A DNA stretch of 20,713 nt from a virus (Duplodnaviria > Heunggongvirae > Uroviricota > Caudoviricetes), in the IMG/VR virus record IMGVR_UViG_2537562021_000003, positions 1-20,713 of that record. One strand, given 5' to 3'. The notes under the pieces are model-generated. The model did not search any database, had not been told where the DNA came from, and was given only the letters and a program-made list of their open reading frames with translations. Positions 17,300 to 20,713 of the stretch are shown one piece after another (within the stretch, counting starts at the first letter, position 1; every line of letters starts with the position of its first letter). Position numbers and translations under genes: made by a program.

Positions 17300-18396
17300 A
17301 TTTCAGCTCTGAACTGCTTAACAAAGGCAACAAAACTCCGGCATTCAGCATCAGTATTGAAGGCAGGGATATCACCACTGTGCTGGACAACCGCCTGATG
17401 GGGCTGACGCTGACGGATAACCGGGGCTTTGAAGCGGACCAGCTTGATCTGGAGCTGGACGACGCCGATGGAAAAATCGTGCTGCCGCGCCGTGGTGCGG
17501 TCATTACGCTGGCGCTGGGCTGGAAGGGGCAGCCGCTTTTCCCGAAAGGGGCATTCACGGTGGACGAGATTGAACACACTGGCGCACCGGACCGCCTGAC
17601 TATCCGGGCGCGAAGTGCTGATTTTCGTGAAACGCTGAATACCCGTCGTGAAAAGTCGTGGCACAAGACCACCGTTGGGGAAGTGGTGAAGGAAATAGCT
17701 GCGCGGCACAAACTGAAGATGGCATTGGGTAAAGACCTGTCAGATAAACCCGTGGAACATATAGACCAGACCAATGAGAGTGACGGCAGTTTTCTGATGC
17801 GGCTGGCGCGACAGTACGGTGCCATCGCGTCGGTGAAAAATGGCAATCTGTTATTCATCCGGCAGGGACAGGGCAAAAGCGCCAGCGGTAAACCTCTGCC
17901 GGTGATCACTATCACACGCAAGGACGGCGACAGTCACCGCTTTACCCTGGCAGATCGCGGAGCCTATACGGGCGTAATTGCCAGTTGGTTGCATACCCGC
18001 GAACCCGCGAAGAAAGAAAGCACCACGGTGAAGCGTAAGCGCAGGACCGCAAAGCAGAAGAAAGAGCCGGAAGCGAAGCAGGGCGATTACCTGGTGGGTA
18101 CGGATGAAAACGTGCTGGTACTTAATCGCACTTATGCCAACCGGAGCAACGCTGAACGGGCAGCGAAAATGCAGTGGGAACGCCTGCAACGCGGCGTTGC
18201 GTCATTCTCGCTACAACTGGCGGAAGGTCGGGCAGATCTCTACACGGAAATGCCAGTGAAAGTCAGTGGCTTTAAACAGCCGATAGATGATGCGGAATGG
18301 ACCATTACGACTCTGACACATACCGTCAGCCCGGATAACGGTTTTACAACCAGTATTGAACTCGAAGTGAATATTGATGATCTTGAAATGGAATAA
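17296..18396 (+). CDS. D: Tail protein gpD
   Basis: 366 aa, start overlaps the U stop; followed by ogr as in P2. Confidence 0.75.
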   Translation: MNFSSELLNKGNKTPAFSISIEGRDITTVLDNRLMGLTLTDNRGFEADQLDLELDDADGKIVLPRRGAVITLALGWKGQPLFPKGAFTVDEIEHTGAPDRLTIRARSADFRETLNTRREKSWHKTTVGEVVKEIAARHKLKMALGKDLSDKPVEHIDQTNESDGSFLMRLARQYGAIASVKNGNLLFIRQGQGKSASGKPLPVITITRKDGDSHRFTLADRGAYTGVIASWLHTREPAKKESTTVKRKRRTAKQKKEPEAKQGDYLVGTDENVLVLNRTYANRSNAERAAKMQWERLQRGVASFSLQLAEGRADLYTEMPVKVSGFKQPIDDAEWTITTLTHTVSPDNGFTTSIELEVNIDDLEME

Positions 18397-18464
18397 AGTG
18401 TTCTCAATATTGATATTTTGTGTATCATTACAATGATTCTGATAGCAAAGGTAGGGATCTGGAT

Positions 18465-18683
18465 ATGATGAATTGTCCGAAGTGTGGTCATGCGGCGCAC
18501 ACAAGGAGCAGTTTTCAAGTAACAGAAAGCACCAAAGAGCGTTACTGCCAGTGCCAAAATATTAACTGCGGGAGCACTTTTGTTACCCATGAAACAGTGG
18601 TCCGGTTTATTGTGACACCTGCATTGATTGCTACAGCCCCTCCACATCCATTACCAGGTGGTCAGGGGCATATGAATTTTTGA
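18465..18683 (+). CDS. ogr: Ogr/Delta-family zinc-finger late transcription activator
   Basis: MMNCPKCGHAAHTRSS...TKERYCQCQNINCGSTFVTHETV...PHPLPGGQ parallels P2 Ogr (about 72 aa, CxxC...CxxxxC). Upstream part of the track ORF is non-coding. Confidence 0.85.
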   Translation: MMNCPKCGHAAHTRSSFQVTESTKERYCQCQNINCGSTFVTHETVVRFIVTPALIATAPPHPLPGGQGHMNF

Positions 18684-18690
18684 GAAAGAG

Positions 18691-18714
18691 AACCTGCTAC
18701 GGCAGGGTTTTATT
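18691..18714. terminator. Hairpin between convergent ogr and the WYL/BRCT-like gene
   Basis: CCTGC TACG GCAGG followed by TTTTATT on the + strand. Confidence 0.45.
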
Positions 18715-19192
18715 CATCTGGGATCTCACCCGTTTCAAGAAAATGTATAAAGCCAGGCTCATCTATGATGATTGTGCCTTTCATCCTGGCTGCCGATACT
18801 TTTGATGGGCCTGCATTGTAACCGCAACAGAGCATCTGAAGGCTTTGGGTTACAGAGGTTCTTACCGTTAATCCTTGTTCATTCGCCTTATCAACCAATC
18901 TTTCTTTATCTGCTTTCTTAAATCCGGTGAAGCACACATCGAATGTATTTTTTTTCGGACCAGACTGCTTAGTGAGATGTGAGTAGTTTTCGGGGAGGAA
19001 TGACGCGCATTCCTGAATGGCTTGTTCTGGTGAATCGTACTGTTTAAGAATGCGGTCTTTTCGGAAGGTTTTTATTCGATCGGTGTTCTTACAAATGCCC
19101 TGTATATGATTTTCGCTATAACTGATGCTCTGTATAGAGTGAACAGCGATACGACCATTTGCATTGATGTAAACAAAGTGAAGTTCTTCCAT
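18710..19192 (-). CDS. Cargo protein with WYL-like N-terminal motif and BRCT-like C-terminal domain
   Basis: 160 aa with SD AAGAGG 6 nt upstream. CFTGF...GLTVRTSV...GPSKVSAARMKGTIIIDEPGFIHFL parallels the LigA BRCT domain as I recall it; N-terminal G-x-C...RIKTFRKDRI resembles the WYL-domain end signature. Confidence 0.6.
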   Translation of the reverse strand: MEELHFVYINANGRIAVHSIQSISYSENHIQGICKNTDRIKTFRKDRILKQYDSPEQAIQECASFLPENYSHLTKQSGPKKNTFDVCFTGFKKADKERLVDKANEQGLTVRTSVTQSLQMLCCGYNAGPSKVSAARMKGTIIIDEPGFIHFLETGEIPDE

Positions 19193-19315
19193 GTGAAACC
19201 TCTTTGCATGATTTCAAGATGGCGACAGGCAAGATGGACGAAAAAGTCTGTCGCCATTTTGCCGCCACTACCAAAGAAAAAGGGGCTACGCTTTCACGTA
19301 ACCCCTTGATTTATT

Positions 19316-19360
19316 TGGTGGAGCTGGCGGGAGTTGAACCCGCGTCCGAAATTCCTACAT
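19316..19360 (-). other. Attachment-site core: 3'-terminal 45 nt of ssrA (tmRNA), not a complete gene
   Basis: TGGTGGAGCTGGCGGGAGTTGAACCCGCGTCCGAAATTCCTACAT is the reverse complement of the E. coli tmRNA 3' end (recalled); the match stops at 19361 where AT-rich phage sequence begins. Confidence 0.75.
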
Positions 19361-19486
19361 ACTATTTTTAATACAATGAAAACAGTAGTTTGCGTTTAAA
19401 AACAGTGTGTTACTATTATCCTGTGTTTATCCGTTTTACGCATTTTTAATGCTCTGCCGCCAAGTTGTCGCCAATTTTAGGCTAAC

Positions 19487-20500
19487 TTACGGTTGGCTGT
19501 TTTTAACATTCAAAAGAAAGTTCTTCCAAATTATTAGCAGTGAATTTTTATCTAAATCAATCTTATGAGGTTTGATGTTTTTTCCTTCATATATATTTTT
19601 ATAATAGCAATCGATAGCAAAATGAATAGTTAAATTATCTGGATGTATGGCTAGTAGACCTCGGTCAAGCAAGGCATGAAGGGTAGGTTCAAGAGGTATT
19701 CCATTGTTGGTTCTATGGTTTTGGGTCTGAGAAAATGGTTCAAGGTGACATGCCTGCAATACTGGGAGGTTGTAACCTGTTATTGCGCATACATTTGAGA
19801 AGTTTTTTAGAACCCTTTTTTTAAAGTCAACCTGTTCGCCAGAGTCACGCTGTAATACTGTTTGCAGATGAGTATTGCCTTTTGTGACAACTGGTATACT
19901 AATTGTATCAGAGGGATTTATAAATATGACTGGCGGTAGAGTAGGTTCTAGAATGTTTTTTTGTCCAAGAAACTGCCTTGATAATAATTCATCTTTAGCG
20001 ATTTTTATTGCTTCACTTTTTGTTAATGAAAGGCATGCCAGATTATACGCATCTACATTGAAATATTTAGTTTCCCTGTTTAGCGTAATGGATGATATTT
20101 TTTTATCGTGTTCTGCTATTGGTATACCTTTTGTGACAGGATGCGAAATGCTTTCAAGCAGTGTTGTATTGCCATTTATTTCTTTATTAAACAATGAGGT
20201 AGGGTGTTCAATCATATTGCTATGCTTGGCGCGATAGTGCTCATATAGGCCATGAGCACTTTTGAAATTTTTCTTGCATATTATACAGCTAACATTTCCC
20301 CCATTAATTTTTTTTGAATTTCTTTTTCTGGATTCAACAAGAGAGTTTGTTAGATCTTCTCTTAGTTTTAATATTCTGAGGTTGGTTGGGTTGTTTCCTC
20401 GTCTATATGGTAAGCTCTCAAGTCTATTTAACTCATTTTTGAGGTGTTGGTACTGTTTACGTGAAATTAAATTAGGTTTCATATTTAAGATTAAGATCAC
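19487..20500 (-). CDS. Second copy of the zinc-finger/HNH-like nuclease gene
   Basis: Identical 337-aa translation to 157..1170. Confidence 0.6.
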   Translation of the reverse strand: MILILNMKPNLISRKQYQHLKNELNRLESLPYRRGNNPTNLRILKLREDLTNSLVESRKRNSKKINGGNVSCIICKKNFKSAHGLYEHYRAKHSNMIEHPTSLFNKEINGNTTLLESISHPVTKGIPIAEHDKKISSITLNRETKYFNVDAYNLACLSLTKSEAIKIAKDELLSRQFLGQKNILEPTLPPVIFINPSDTISIPVVTKGNTHLQTVLQRDSGEQVDFKKRVLKNFSNVCAITGYNLPVLQACHLEPFSQTQNHRTNNGIPLEPTLHALLDRGLLAIHPDNLTIHFAIDCYYKNIYEGKNIKPHKIDLDKNSLLIIWKNFLLNVKNSQP

Positions 20501-20522
20501 TTTTGTGTACTTACATTATAAG

Positions 20523-20713
20523 TTACATGTTATTCGACAAGTATATAAAGTTCAAAGGGTTTTTCGTTACTGCATCTTCCAGATGGTCTGGAGAAAAATG
20601 GGCGTAAATCATCGTCATTTTTATATCGGCATGGCCCAAAATATCGCGCAGTACCAGTATGTTTCCGCCGTTCATCATGAAATGGCTGGCGAATGTATGG
20701 CGTAGAACGTGGG
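20523..20713 (-). CDS. int: Integrase, C-terminal part of a second copy (truncated by window end)
   Basis: Identical to 1193..1383, encoding the catalytic C-terminus. Confidence 0.8.
   Translation of the reverse strand, partial: HVLRHTFASHFMMNGGNILVLRDILGHADIKMTMIYAHFSPDHLEDAVTKNPLNFIYLSNNM

Larger units (their letters stand above)
19331..20713. repeat. Right copy of the 1383-bp direct repeat (start of a second element unit)
   Basis: Matches 1..1383; same ORF translations. Confidence 0.9.

Noticed and set aside
17110-17921. Minus-strand ORFs of 199 aa and 217 aa
   Set aside because: Antisense to gpU/gpD, which are in conserved P2 order with coupled starts.
18211-18647. Minus-strand ORFs of 97 aa and 135 aa over the D-ogr junction
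   Set aside because: They overlap the clearly recognisable ogr zinc-finger gene and the D 3' end; no RBS.
19316-19360. A complete tRNA or tmRNA gene
   Set aside because: Only the 3'-terminal 45 nt of ssrA are present; the match ends abruptly, so it is an att duplication.
1-20713. CRISPR array, IS element or transposase
   Set aside because: No short regularly spaced direct repeats and no transposase-like ORF or terminal inverted repeats; the only long repeat is the 1383-bp terminal duplication.

Overview
The window holds one complete ~19.3 kb defective prophage of the P2/186 family (186/Fels-2-like), integrated at the 3' end of the tmRNA gene ssrA, plus the first 1383 bp of a second identical unit. 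Bases 1..1383 are repeated at 19331..20713, so the repeat unit is 19330 bp. Everything here is read by eye from the sequence and the ORF track; no searches were run, and family names are recalled, not verified. Reading left to right: att core (ssrA 3' fragment), an AT-rich zinc-finger/HNH-like nuclease gene, integrase and 186-type CI repressor (minus strand), then a pR-like promoter driving apl-like, cII-like, several small early genes, a TraR/DksA zinc-finger gene, dam and replication gene A. Next comes an AT-rich cargo region around a cos-like site: a LexA box, a 62-aa ORF, a DinI-like gene, a lipoprotein, a 199-aa ORF and a 59-aa ORF. The morphogenetic region is largely deleted: portal Q is intact, terminase P has lost its N-terminus, and a tail-tube (FII) C-terminal fragment is fused directly to it; E/E', T, U, D and ogr follow, then a minus-strand gene with WYL-like and BRCT-like motifs next to the second att core. 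The best candidates for an undescribed system are the three AT-rich cargo patches: the 199-aa + 59-aa pair at the window centre, the nuclease gene co-oriented with cI-int, and the WYL/BRCT-like gene. None of their functions can be read from sequence alone. No CRISPR array, rRNA, complete tRNA or IS element was seen.
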